From positions 10,542,001-10,606,000 of the forward strand of contig NC_045696.1 in NCBI RefSeq assembly GCF_009834535.1: a stretch of 64,000 nt of DNA, given 5' to 3'. This stretch comes from Camelus ferus. Lineage: Eukaryota. Within the stretch, counting starts at the first letter, position 1; every line of letters begins with the position of its first letter. The notes beneath the pieces are model-generated. The model searched no databases and was not told where the DNA came from. It was given only the letters and a program-made list of their open reading frames with translations. A program made the position numbers and the translations under genes. Of this stretch, positions 36,626 to 49,588 are shown one piece after another.

Positions 36626-37066
36626 CTGACGAGAACACACGGATCCACCAGGGGAGCTGGAACGATGGGAAATGTTTACCTTTGTTTAGTCTCTGTTTCC
36701 ATATCAGTGTTTTATCCTTCCCCACATAGTCACTCCATTCACGCAACTCCGTCAATATTTATTGAGGTCCATGATACGGTAGGCACTGTTCTAAGGGCTG
36801 AGAATAAAAGTGAAAATCCTTGGCCTCATGGAGCTTATGGGGGGAGATAGAAAACTACCTAGACTTCTGTGTAAGGATATAATATATAGCATGTTGGACA
36901 GTGATGAGCTATGGAAGAAAATAAGGTGGGTTAAGGGGGACAGAAGTGTGGGAAAAGTGCCATAAGGTCTGAGCAGGGATGGAAGAGAAGTGAATGAAGG
37001 AAGATGTGGGGGTGGGGAAATCTTCTGCCCCCCTCCTGTAAAGTCACTCTGTGGGTAACTGTGTGT

Positions 37067-37364
37067 CAGGGTGGCCAGATTTAGCAAATAAAAACACAGG
37101 ATGTCCTGCATTTTTAAATTTGAATTTAAGATTGAATTTCAGATCTACAATAAGTTCTTGGTATAATACACTGACTTGTAATAGTATAGTATATGTATAT
37201 ATAATTTAATACATGAGTTAGCACTTACTAAGTGTACTAAGTTATAGTACATTTTTTTTTAGTATATCCCATGCAATATTTGGGAGATATTTATACTAAA
37301 AAAACTCATCATTTATCTGAAATTCAAATTGGACTGGATGTCCTGCGTTTTATCTGGCGACTCC
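37067..37364. mobile_element. MER53-like palindromic hAT MITE with an internal AT-rich insertion
   Basis: Inverted ends 'cagggtggccagatttagcaaataaaaacacaggatgtcc' ... 'ggatgtcctgcgttttatctggcgactc'. Confidence 0.8.
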
Positions 37365-38740
37365 TTTGTGACCAATGGCCCCGGAGCAGACCATGGCTGG
37401 AGGAGGTGGCTTTATCTGCATAATCACCGCTTCTCTTCTCCATCAACCTGTCCCTTGCTCCGTGGGCCGTGGTCCGGGGCACCTGGGAGGAAGTGGCTGT
37501 CCGTGACCTTGTTGCGTTATCCTAACGGGTGATGCCTGGATGTGGTTCCCCTGGATCTGTCTTCTGTAGTCAGATAAGAATTTCCTGAGCTAGAAACACC
37601 TAAAAAGTCTTTTCTAGTCACTTCTCTACCCCGCAGCACCTAAGAATACCTCTAGTTGTGCAGTGTATAGTGAATGTGTCACACGTCACCTGTGGGAAGC
37701 ATAATGCAAACCATTCCTTTGTCCTTCTCGTATTTATGGGAGAAACTCATGATTTATTTTGCAGGCAGCTCCCACAAAGGGTGCCACTCGCAGGTTGCTA
37801 TGTGCTGTTTGTGATGTGTGGCCCCTCCCGCCTCTTCCCAGAAGAGTCTAGGGCACAATGCCTGTCTGTCTGAGCTCAGAGTCAAGCCAGGACCCTTCCA
37901 AATTTAAATAAGGGGAAATCCTCCTCCCCTCCTTTGTTAGACCACACCACTGGCAGGGACATGGCTGCTGAGGGGACAACAGCACTGTGGCTTTTCAGTG
38001 ATCACCTCTTGCAGAGCCCAAGCTTGAAGAGAAGGTTCTAGAACTGGCAGCTTTTGTGTTTTCTCATTTAGGGGGATGATGACTGGGAACAGCTGACCTG
38101 ACTTAGTTCACCTGAGGGGCCGCTTGGCTGCCTTCTCTCGTGCTTCCGAACACCTGCCGTCACAAGTTGAAAGAATTAATAACACTCAACAGAACAAACT
38201 TCAGTTGCCTTCCATGATAATGAGCACCTCCGATGAGAGGTGGTTACAGCTGATGTTAGAAACAGAATTTCCTCTCTGCCTCCTGGCCTGGGACCTCCCC
38301 GCGTGGCAGCGGGAGGCAGGAGGGACTCAGCAGCCTGAGTCTAGATCCTGAGCTGCAGATGTGACAGATTCTGGGCTGGGGCTGGAGTGGGCCAGATAAA
38401 TGGATAATTTCTGCTGAAAAATTCTGGACAAGGAACACCAACACTGTGAACTCAGCTTCAAAGCAGTCTTAAAGACATCGATTCTAAAGTACCCTGGAGG
38501 TGACAAACTTCCACGTAATCAGGAATACGCTTCATCTTTGTTTCTTCTGCTCTCTTTTCAGTAAAAAGTGAGGCAGCCTATCTGAAAAGAAATTAAGTTG
38601 CTGTTTAAATGAACTTGTGGCTCTATTGGAGGTGCAAACGAGCTTAGACTTGCTTTGTGCTGTTTGATGTGCCAGAGTGTTTCTGTTGAATCAGCTGGTT
38701 TGCAATTTCAAAAACTATTTTCAAAATTTGGGGTTATGGC

Positions 38741-38837
38741 GGGGGGTCGGGAGTATAGCCCAGTGGTAGAGCATGTGCTTGGTGTGAAAAGGTCTTAGGG
38801 TCCACCCCCAGTGCCTTTGTTTAAGGAAAAAAAAAAC
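38741..38837 (+). mobile_element. Diverged short vic-1-like SINE
   Basis: 'gagtatagcccagtggtagagcatgtgcttggtgtgaaaaggtcttagggtccacccccagtgcc' plus an A tail. Confidence 0.75.
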
Positions 38838-41108
38838 AGGATGTGCAAAATTTGCGATCATGAACTGGACTGCGTGTGTGTGTTGCATTTGTATTTTTCA
38901 CATTCTGCAGGCTTTTCTACTCATTAGTTATGACTTGGATTTCTAAAACCAGGACGTTTTGATAGGAACTTCAGGATGACACTAAAGTAAAATGCTTGAT
39001 AAAAGTGGAAACCAGGAAAGCCACCACCAAAGAGGAAACGAAAGCAATTGACCAACCAATCAACCATTAAGTACATAATAATAAGAAAGAATAGCTACAC
39101 TTTAATTATCCAGGATATATTTACCAGGACATATTACACCGGGCTATATCAGAATGAATTTGAAAAAAATTTAGCATACAAGTGAAGTTTTAAACATAAC
39201 ATTTAAGTAGGAAGATTGATGGTAATATTAAATTACTTGTTTATAAAGTTTTCATGTTCACTTAGAAGTGAAATTATATATAATTTGCAGATGAACTATA
39301 GAAATCATGCTGCTTGTCACAGTTGTATATTTTTATATATAATTCTTTGCTTATTATAAAAGTTATACATTTATACTGTGGGAAATTTAGGACATAGAGA
39401 TAAGCAAAAGAAAAAAAATAACAATCAGGTAATTGTACCAGGCAGAGAGGACCTCTGTGAATTTTAGTGCGTATATTTCTGGTTCTTTTCTCTGTCTGTA
39501 TTTGTTTTTTTTTTTTAAAGAAACTTGCCCAGGTTCTTTTAAAACTGTCATTCTATCTGTGTATATGAGAATGGAGGAGACTGGAATGGAGAGGAAGGAA
39601 TAGATTTGGCAACGACTGATAATCATGACAAAACACAGCACTATGAGATAGGGAGCAGAATGCCATCATTGTCTGCTGTTTTTATTTACGTCTATGTAAC
39701 GGTCCACGGCACCCTGAAATTTTCATCATCATTATATTTTTTGCGTGGGCTAAAAGCACACATCTCCATTATGTAAGAATGAGTAAGTAGGGTCAGCTTT
39801 TCTTTTTAAGTTGTGATTCATTTCAGAAACATTTGAAACTTCCATCCTTGACACACTGGAACCTTGCAACTTACTGACATGGATTTAGTGGTCAAGCATT
39901 TTCCTCTCTGCTTTTAACAGAAATGTCTAGCTTCACGCCGCCTGTGTTAGAGGCATGCATGACGAAGGAGAAATCCAGAAGACCAGCAAAGTCATTTACC
40001 CCCAAGCTGGAGGCCACCGCGAGAGCCTGCTGGGTTACTGACCCTCTACAACGAATCATGCAGCAAAAGAAAGCGAACAACTTTGCACGTTTGTCCAATC
40101 CCTGGAAGTAAATAGTCAAAAAATGATGACTCCAGGAAACAAATGTACTTCTCCTTCATTGTCAGGAAGATCTTCAGTGGTGCGCGGACAGAGCCAGCAT
40201 GCAAAGTAAGAAAAAAAAAATAGCCGTGGTTTCAGCTGGGTGTATCACCAGATTGTACTCAACGTGAGGATATTAATTTCACAGTTTTCGTAGATAAGTT
40301 TAAACATAGGAACATGTCACAAATAAGCAGCAATCTCCGCGAGGCCACATCAGCTGGGATTTCACAGTCTGCAGTTTTTAAATTCAGCCTGGTCCCCAAG
40401 GGCCAATCAATATTGGTGGCAATTATTCTTAGTACACAGTCCAAATGAAATGGGTGTGTTTTTTTCTTTTTTATCAAGGTGGGAGATTGTGATATAGAAA
40501 TAAGCAAATTCCCTTGTGGATGGCAATTGGGCCGCCTAACAGCTGCAGCAAGTCTGCCGTGGGTCTCTTTTGCCTGTTCCTCGGGAATAGCCCAATAATG
40601 ACCCCATTATTTTAACCCTTCAACGTCAGCTGTGTTTGATAGCTGGCTTGGAAAAACCTAGCATGTGTCAAACAAAGAGAGCATGAAAAAAACAAAGCAA
40701 AAAAACCCACCCCCAAACCAGGAACTCCTCCCAAAGCAGCTGCTGGCAGCATTACCTGATACACAGGTTTTATTTATACCCTGGTTTCTAAGCCACAACC
40801 TCTAGAGGGCCAATGCTTGGGACACAGGGGTGTTTTCACGAAGCAGAGTCAATTTACGTTCCAGAGCGAAAGCAGTGAAAACCTTAAAACATTTTTTTTC
40901 CAAAAGGTATATACAGAATTATGCAAATCTCTAGATTTTCTTTTTTGAAAAGTTAGTTTTTTTTTTTTTTAACTTTTGGTCTATTTGGGGGGAGTTTGGG
41001 GAGGAGCCATGATGGGAGTGATGGTGATTAATGGGGAACAGAAAATTGTAGAAGTGGGTCTCAGATTGACAGTACAAGCTCCTTTTCCTGGCAGGGCCCA
41101 AGATTGGG

Positions 41109-41118
41109 TGAGTCAGCA
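41109..41118. promoter_or_regulatory. NF-E2/NRF2-sMAF (ARE/MARE-type) motif
   Basis: Exact TGAGTCAGCA (reverse TGCTGACTCA) in repeat-poor sequence, next to ATTGG. Motif match only. Confidence 0.35.
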
Positions 41119-41674
41119 CTCACCGGGAGGGATTCCGCCTGCAACGCTAACAAAACCCAGGTCCGAGCTGAGTGGAGCAGGGGTGGGGAGCACGCACATG
41201 CAGTTACAACAAATTAGGATTGTGTTTTGAGTTTCCTAATCCTTGGAAGAGGGTTTCTTTTGTCTTCAGCCTGGTCCCAAATTGGGCTTTTTCATCCCAT
41301 TTTGCTTTTTATCTAATCAATCACTTAAAACATCCGAGTGCTAAGGAGTCTAAAATTATTCTAATGCCATTTTATGTTAGCTGATAAAAGAAACGAAGAA
41401 CCAAAACAAATAAAAACTGGGTGCTTTGTTCCTACCTGTGTTCTCAGACTACCAGTTCTCCTAAATAAATGGTGCAAGAGATGGGAAATTCTGGAAAAGA
41501 GCCAAAGATGCAAACAGAAAATGGCCATAAGAACAGCAACCTGGTGGTTCTTCCTATACACCTAATAGCTCATTAGCCGCCTTGGAATTAGAGGTTTTTC
41601 TGGTGGAATTTAGCAATTTTCCTCTTACTTTGACGTACAAGTTGGGATGAATGAAAGGGAAATTTTAGGAGAGT

Positions 41675-41774
41675 GTATTTTTATTTTTACTTTTGATGGA
41701 GGTATTGGGGATTGAACCTGGGACTTTGTGCATGCCAAGCGCATACTTGACCACTGATCTATACCCCTCCCCCC
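41675..41774 (-). mobile_element. vic-1-like SINE
   Basis: 'ggaggtattggggattgaacctgggactttgtgcatgccaagcgcatacttgaccactgatctatacccc', with an 11-bp TSD tttaggagagt. Confidence 0.9.
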
Positions 41775-44607
41775 TTTAGGAGAGTTTTAAGGCCATAAAA
41801 CTCTCTGTGCCCTTGGAAAGTTCCGGGTACAGATGGATTATCATCTATTATTTGGAGGGGACTTCAGGAAGGAGATGAGGAAGAGGGAATAAACAGAACT
41901 GGGTGTTACTGAGTTTAAGGTGGTATTTAATTCTTTCTTGCCTAAAAGAAAATTTACGGATGCGGTATTCATCCACTTATTCTGTACTGCCTTTTTCCTT
42001 AATCACAATTCTTTCAATTTCTTTGAGAGAGTGGATCAAAGTTGCCAGGAACTGGAGGTTAGAAGTCAATAGTCTAAAGGTCAAAGACGCTGTGTTTTCT
42101 TTCCCTCCTCCCCTGCTTCGAAAAATGTTTTAGAATAAAGGCTCCTGGTTGCAGTGGTGATTTGTGGTTAATATCATTAGACTTCTGGTTTGGATTAATG
42201 CTGCTAATTAGTTTCTGTCCTTGACTTTTTCCAATTAAAGCATAGAGGCCTTGGTGCTAAACACCTGGGCAGATTACCTAATTAGATGACAGAAACGTAC
42301 ACAGTTGTTCGCAGGTAATTATTTTAACTTTCACTGCTTGTTTGGTATTAAACACACTGATGAAAAGGGCATCCTTTCTACCCTGCTAACCTCAAAATAC
42401 CAGCTCATTGGCACGGAAGCTGGTACTAGGACTGCCTCCTAAACAGACAATGTTGAGTCCTTTTTGGTGAATATGTGCAGAAATGACAGATTTGGGGTTT
42501 TCCCCCCTAAATATGGGAGAAAACATACAACCTAGTCATGCTCACTCTGTCTCCTACATGTTCCTTTGAGAAGGCAGTTTCCTTTGATGGGTTGAGTAGA
42601 ACTTGGACGCTCTCCCTGGGTGCACAACACTCTTGGGCATTTCTGGAAGCATGCTTTTCCATTCTAGTGCTGAATAATTTGGGGGGAGACTCATTGCTTT
42701 ACATGTGAGATGTATTCTCTGGTTTAGAATTCAGAATCAAAAAACTCAACTTCTGCCTCGTTTATATTCTTAAAAAAGGAAAAGACTGAAAGCTACTAGG
42801 ATCCTTTCATCCAGGGGAGTGGCACCATGATCATTCCCAACTTGCATGTGCTGGTGGGAAGGGTCACATAGTAATGCAGATGGATAATCCTGAGGAACAG
42901 ACAAGGGCTGTGGTGCCTTTGGGCCAGTGAGTCACAATCCAACGCTCAGTTTCCTTATCTGTGAAATGGACTCGTGATAGAGTTGCTGTAAGGATTCAAC
43001 CAAACAATGTTATGTGTAAGTACCTAGATGAGTGCCTGGCTCCAGTAGGTGCTCAGAATGCTAATTCCATTCCCTCCAGGAGTCCCCCAGGCTGGTTGCT
43101 GGCCCGGCTGGCATCTGCATGGGCTTCTAGACCAGTCCTCCTGACATAGGCTCCAGTCACAGCCACCCAGTTTCAGACCCTTCCCTGGTCCCTGAGTGCT
43201 TACAGAAGATAAAATCCAAAGATGCTGTTGAGGTTCCCCATGATCTGCCTCCAGCCTGATTGTGGTTTCACTTCTGCAGCGTCAGTCCTTTCCCGCTGCA
43301 CTGGTCTTCCCGTTCTCTCTTCTCCCAGGTGGTTTGCTCTGGCCCGTTTCCCCGTTTATGTTGCTCCCCCTGCAGCAGCTTCCTGCCATTTCCTCCTGGT
43401 GGGACCTCACCCCTCAACAGAGGACGGACTTGAGGGCTCTGCCTCACTGCCGGACACAGCGCAGCCCTGGGGGCTGAGTCAGAGGGGTGGGCTCTCTGCG
43501 GCTGTGGGAGTACACCTCCGCTAGGTGGGCCAATCCGATGGGCTCCCCCAGGAATTTGGCAATGGGCTGAGTCAGGTCCTTAGGGTGGCTGGACCTGACC
43601 CTGGACCTGGCTGCTGGTGACGGTCCTTTCCTGCTGTGGGCAGGGGAAGCCGTGTGAAGCAACCCCCCCAGCATCTCCCTCTCCTCCCCCAGCACCTGTT
43701 CTCTCCACCGCTCCTACCGTCCATGCTGCACGTCTGAATGCACCTCCCCAACCCTGCTCCCCACGACCCCAAGGAGACTGCTACTGGTCCTTCTATTCGC
43801 ACAGCCCTGACTGAGCTCACAGTTGGAAGTTGGCTGTTGAATAAATGGGTGAGTGGGTAAGTGAATGCTGGGTAGGAGGGAGGGGCCCTAACCCTAGATC
43901 AGGGAATCACCTGGAGAATGTGTTAAAATGCTGATCCTCTGGCCTCTCCCTGAATGAGCAGGTCTCCGGAGGGCCTGAAAATCTGCTTTGTAACAAGCCC
44001 TCCGGATGCTTTAATGCAGATAGATGGTGTGAGAATCACAGAGGTCGGTCACTACCGACTCCTGGGTCTGCCCCAAGTGCCAGTTCTCACAGAGTCTCAT
44101 GTGCAGTGCGTTCACTGGGGCCAGGCTGTTCCTCACATGCTGCGTTTCACCCTGAATAACGGCCTGTGAGGCAGTGGTCCTCTGGTTTGGCAGTGCTGAA
44201 TCGCAGGCAGGTGAAGTCCCTGGCTGGAGCCTCTGGGTGAGATGTCCACAGGGATGCTCTGGTCCTTGGGTTTCTCAGAGACCCTTCCTTGTTTGGGGAA
44301 GTCTCTGTCTCTTGAGTCTGCTGCTCCTCCAGGAAGTACCCAGACATTTGCTTCCCCAGCCTCCCTTGCCACATGGGACCTGGCTCCCTCAGTCAGACGC
44401 CCCTCCTTGAAGTTTGGTTCAGGCCTGACAGACTGCAAGAAACATCTGCATGGACCCTCCTAGTTGGGGTGGGGGCAGCTCTTTGGGGGCAACCATGGCA
44501 GAAGTTGTAGCACTGAACGCAGTGTCCAGTGTCCCTGGTATGAACTTCAGGGGTCTCTGCCCAGCAGGAGTGGCATAGACTCTTGGCCACAAAGCTGTTG
44601 TTCTGGT

Positions 44608-45116
44608 ACCTATTACTGTGTAAGCAACACTCCAAAACCCAGAGGCTTAAAACAACTGCAGTATTTATTTTGCTCATGAATCTGCAATTTGGGTAGGGCT
44701 CGGCAGGGACCATCATTTCTGTCCCACTCAGCATTGGTTAGAATGACTGGAAGGCATGGTGGGGGGGTTGGTGGGGGAGGCTGGGACCATCAGGCTTGCC
44801 CATCGGCATGGCTGGTAGGTTGATGCTGGCTCTTGTCTGGGCCCTTCCCTGGGCCGTGGCCACAGCACCTATACGTGGTCTTTCCATATGGCTGCTTGGC
44901 TTCCTCACAACATGGTGGCAGGGTTCCAAGGGTGAACGGAGAGAGAGATGGGGGCAGAGACGGAGACAGAGAGAGACAGCCAGCAGAAGCTGTGTCACTA
45001 AGCCTCAGAAGTCATGCAACCAGTAAGGCCGGCCCACATTCAAGGAGAGCAGTTAGATTCCACCTTTGATGAGACAAGTGTCCAAGAGTTTTCAGACAGG
45101 TTTTGAAATGGGCACA
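44608..45116 (-). mobile_element. MaLR LTR (MLT1F/H-like)
   Basis: 'gaggcttaaaacaactgcagtatttattttgctcatgaatctgcaatttggg'...'ttagattccacctttgatgag'. Confidence 0.75.
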
Positions 45117-46895
45117 GCTGGCCTGTCTGGTTCCCTCCCTTCCCCGAGCTTCTGTGAGCTAACTCCTAGGTTAAAATAAACTCCGAGGTTTAAGCTATCT
45201 GGAGTTGTGTCTGTTATCTCATTCATATAGCTGGTATGGGCGGGGCCAGGCTACACACGCAAATCTGTCTGATTCCAGAGCTGTTCTCTGAATCCCATCT
45301 TGTCTGCTTCTTGGAGGACACAGGAGTAGAGCTCTCATGGCCAATTAACTTTTTCATTCAACCACGCAGCCCAAACTCACATGTTTAACAAGTACTGCCC
45401 CTTTGCCAGGCCCTGAAGATACAACAATGAACACACTTCCCTGCATTGTGTGTACAGCCTGATGTGAGGTACGGCATATAGTGAGACTGCTACAAGGCAG
45501 TGCAATGGGGGTAAAATAGGGAAACTCCAGGAACACAGGAGGGGCGCCTAACCCAGAGGAAGGAGGGGGTTGAGGAAGGTCTCCTCGGGAGATGGCATCA
45601 AATCTGGGACTTGAAGAATGAATATGAATGAATTAGGGTAGTGGTGGTGGTGCTGGTGAAAGAACGCATCAGCAGAGAGAACAGGATGTGCAAAGGCCCA
45701 GGGGCAAGCAGAGGCCTGCGCCTTCGCAGGAGTAGGGGGGTTGTATGTAGCTGGAGCTCTGGGCACAGGCTGGAGGAAACAGAGACATGAAGCTAAAGAG
45801 GTGAGTTGGGGGCAGGTCATGGACAGCCTTCAGTAGCCTGGTCACTTAATTTAAGTTCAACCATAATGTTGGACATCAGAAGTACTTGGGCTGGGGGGAG
45901 TAGGATTATCTGTACAAAGTCAAGGGCCCACATTTAAATTCTGAGCATTCAATGAATTATACCAGGATATCATTCAGAGACTGCCTGAACTGATGCTCAT
46001 TCATTCATTCCACACATATTTATCTGAGAGCCTCCTTACTCTCCAGTCCTGACACAGTTTGATGAGAAGGATAGCTGGCGTGGCAGTGTTCATTTTTCTG
46101 TGACCTATGAAGGGAATGCTGCTTTCTTTCCAATGGATATGCCAGTTACCCTGTGGTCTGGACAAGGTGTCAACTTGATGCCAGCAGTGTGGAGACAAAC
46201 ACTAACTGGCCAGAGTCACAGATGTGGGGCCATCCAGCTGCTCAAGCGTTACTACCTTGGCTGTAAATGGGCTGTAAATCCAGCTGGTCACCTTCCTCTT
46301 ATGGAAACACAAGACCAACAGAATTTCTTCACACAGAAAGGGAATGACACACATGCTTCCTGTTGCCCTTTGGATCGATGGCCTGAAAGAAGCAGGTGCA
46401 GGTGAAATTGCCTCTTGACTGAAGGCACATGAGCAACGAAGACGGTCTGATGATGGGCACAGACCTTTAGCCAGAGCACGCTCATTGTGCTCTTTAAGTT
46501 TCCAATTCACTCAGCTCTTGGGAGCAACTGTAAGTTACTGCATGCAGACAACTGGAGGGGAGGACGATTGCCTTCTGATTTGCATAGATGTGTGCACTGA
46601 TCCCAGATCAACAGTTTCAGAAATAAGTTAAAATACAAAACTAAAGTTCTAGAGTTTCACTGGCTGAGATCAACATGGTGAACAACTTTCTGTTCAAACA
46701 ACCAAGGACGAGGCAAGGGGGCTGGACAGTGAGGCTGAGAAGCTGGGGTGTCTTCACCACGTAAGGAGCTGATGTCCTGGTGCTGGGCCCAGTGACCCAC
46801 CTGAGATTCTGATGTGGTAACTTCCAGTGTATGCAACGTGGGTAACTGACCCATGGCTTGAATGGTACAGTGTAATGATGCAGAACAATGACGGG

Positions 46896-47313
46896 CAATT
46901 CTTAGTCAGCACGGGAGGCTCTAACCAAGTACCATAGACCAAGTGGCTTAAACAACAGAAATGTATTGCTCATCATTCCAGAGGCTGGGAAGTTGAAGAT
47001 TAAGGTGCAGATAAGGTAGGTTTCATGTGAGGTCTCTTTCCTTGTCTTGTAGACAGCCACCATCTTGCTGTGTGCACACATGACCTCAGTCTTGTGTGTG
47101 TGCTCAAGTGGGGAGAGAGAACAAGCTCTCTGGTGTCTCTTCCATTTCCTATCAGGGCACTAATTCCATCATGAGGGCCCGAACCTCATGACCTCATCTA
47201 ACCCCAATCACCTCCCAGAGTTCCCATCTCCAAATACCATCACATTGGGGGTTAGAGCTTCAACACACAAATTCTTCAGGGGCAGGAGGGACAGAAACAG
47301 TCAGTTCATAACA
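46896..47313 (-). mobile_element. MaLR solo LTR (MLT1A/B-like)
   Basis: 'gtggcttaaacaacagaaatgtatt'...'cccatctccaaataccatcacattgggggttagagcttcaacac', with TSD acggg/atggg. Confidence 0.85.
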
Positions 47314-48658
47314 ATGGGCAAACAGTAAAATTGCTAGCCTACATAAAGATAAGCCCTGTTACTATCTCTTTTCATATTTGTTCAATCATCTGAGAATTTT
47401 AGGGGATAATGTGAAATGTAGCAGTACGTAGATTTTGCTTACTGAATTCAAGAGTCTAGATATATTTCTTGATTAGGTCTCATCAACTTTGGTGAAAAGG
47501 ATTGAATTCAGAGGTTGCAAATGGGACAGTGAAAAAGCAAGTTGCCATTTAAATATGACAAGATTTCACATAAAAATTCTAGATTTATTACTTCTCTCGA
47601 TACATTGCAAGAGCTAGCTCAGTTCTGACATGGAGCCATGGCTGGAGCAGCAGCTGCCCACTTCTGGTCATCCTAGTGCCCCCTGTCTTCAGTGGGGTTC
47701 CCTGGGAAGCCACCTCACGTGGGGATTTATAGTCGGGCGTGTTTTGGGGCGTGGTCTCAGGGTCATTACTGGTGTAGAATGGAGGAAGGATTGGATGGCG
47801 AAACTGAATCATGACAAGGTCAGTCAGTCACAACCATGGGCTCAGCCCATCCCAGAGGAGATAGGATGGTCTTTCAAGGTTGTCCTGTCTCAAGGGAAGG
47901 GAGCCAGACCTTATATCCCACTTTGACCACTGCTAGACGTGGTCTGATTCCTAAGAAGAGGCGTGACCTTGGGCAACATGGCTGTTTTCAGCTGAGCCCA
48001 GTTCCCCCAGAGAGTGACCCCACTGAGAGCCACCAGCTCACTCACTCCCAGCAGCATGCCCATCCTGCAGGACATCCGGGCAGCATACCACAGCATCTAC
48101 TACACCCACCTCCATTGCCTCCTTGAGCCTGAGAACAGTGTCACTTGTCATTTGCAGTTGCCCTTGCACTGTGGTTTGTCTGATGGTAGAGATGGTGTCT
48201 ATTTTACCTATGTCTCTAGCTGAGGTGACAACAAAACACCCACGGAAGGCTGCCTGTTTCAAGAAAAAAACGGAAGAAAAACATTGGTCCTGTTGGAAGT
48301 GAAGAATATTCATTCCTATGTGATTTGCAAACACTCCACCTGTTCCATTCATCTGTGTCACTTGCCGACCACTGTGAGGACTTGGGCGTTTGCCCCTGGG
48401 GAAGGCTCAGGCAGGGCCAGCAGTCATGGGGGGCCACTTAGTTCAACAGGAACCAGGGAACCTCTGACTACACTGTTCTTCTCCACATCTACTCCCAAGA
48501 TGGACCCGGCCCGGCTGGAAGGGCTTTTTAATGGAGTGTCTCTAGAGACATCGATTCTGTGCTGTTTGCAGTGGATTCTCTTAGTTTCCTGTTGTCTCCA
48601 ACAGAAAAAAAATGTGTGATGTATTTCTGTGTAACATATTGCTCCAAAATTTAGTGAC

Positions 48659-48984
48659 TATGGTTAACAAAGGGGACGGAGGGCGGAGGGAAGGATAAAT
48701 TAGGAATTTAGGGATTAACAGATACACACTACTATATATAAAATAGATAAACAGCAAGGACCCAGTGTATAGCACAGGGAACTGTATTCAAAGTCTTGTA
48801 ATAATCTAGAACAGAAAAGAACCTGAAAAAGAATATATATGTATATGTGTGTGTGTGTGTGTGTATGTATGTGTGTGTGTGTATGTATATGTGTGTGTGT
48901 GTGTGTATAACTGAATCACTTTGCTGTACACCTGAAACTAACACAACATTGCAAATCACCTATACTTCAATTAAAAAAAAAAAA
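48659..48984 (+). mobile_element. 5'-truncated L1 3' end with (TG)n expansion
   Basis: 'aaaatagataaacagcaaggacccagtgtatagcacagggaactgtattcaa'...'cattgcaaatcacctatacttcaattaaaaaaaa'. Confidence 0.9.
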
Positions 48985-49588
48985 GAAGATAGGCCTTTAC
49001 ATTTTAAAATCCAATCCTTGGTGAGGAATGGAACTGATGCAGATATAGCTCAGATATAGGAGAGGAATAATGATGTAAGAACAAGGCTCTTTGCTTCTGA
49101 ATTAGAAAAGGATGCTCCAGGCTGTGGGGAGAGGATGATTGGAGGAAAAGTGGGTGCATGAATATTCATCATCCCTGGGAAAAAGCATTCTGTACCCCTC
49201 TCCCCCACTGACTGATGACTGAATCCAGTTGGGGTTAAAAAAGTGGTCTGTGGGATGGACGAGTACAGGGGCTTGGCCTCATGCTCTAGATTCTAAAGCA
49301 GCAGCAGCAGCCTAGACAGAAATGAGACCACGGGTTGAGCTGGGATCTAGGCTCTGCCTTAGAAGCCTCGCAGAGTCCCTTGGAGGCTGAGAGCTACAGG
49401 TGTGGCGGCTGGCACAGAGGGGCCCCGCTCCCGGATGCGTGCTGCCTCCCACCCTGTCGCCTTGGAGCCCGGTGAGCCCCTCTTCCCCGAAATAGGAATT
49501 AGTCCTGGATAAAATTTAGCCAAGTAATGGACTGAGATGCCTTTCTGCCAGCTGAGTGAGGCCTTGAAGGAGAATTTAAGTGGTGTTA

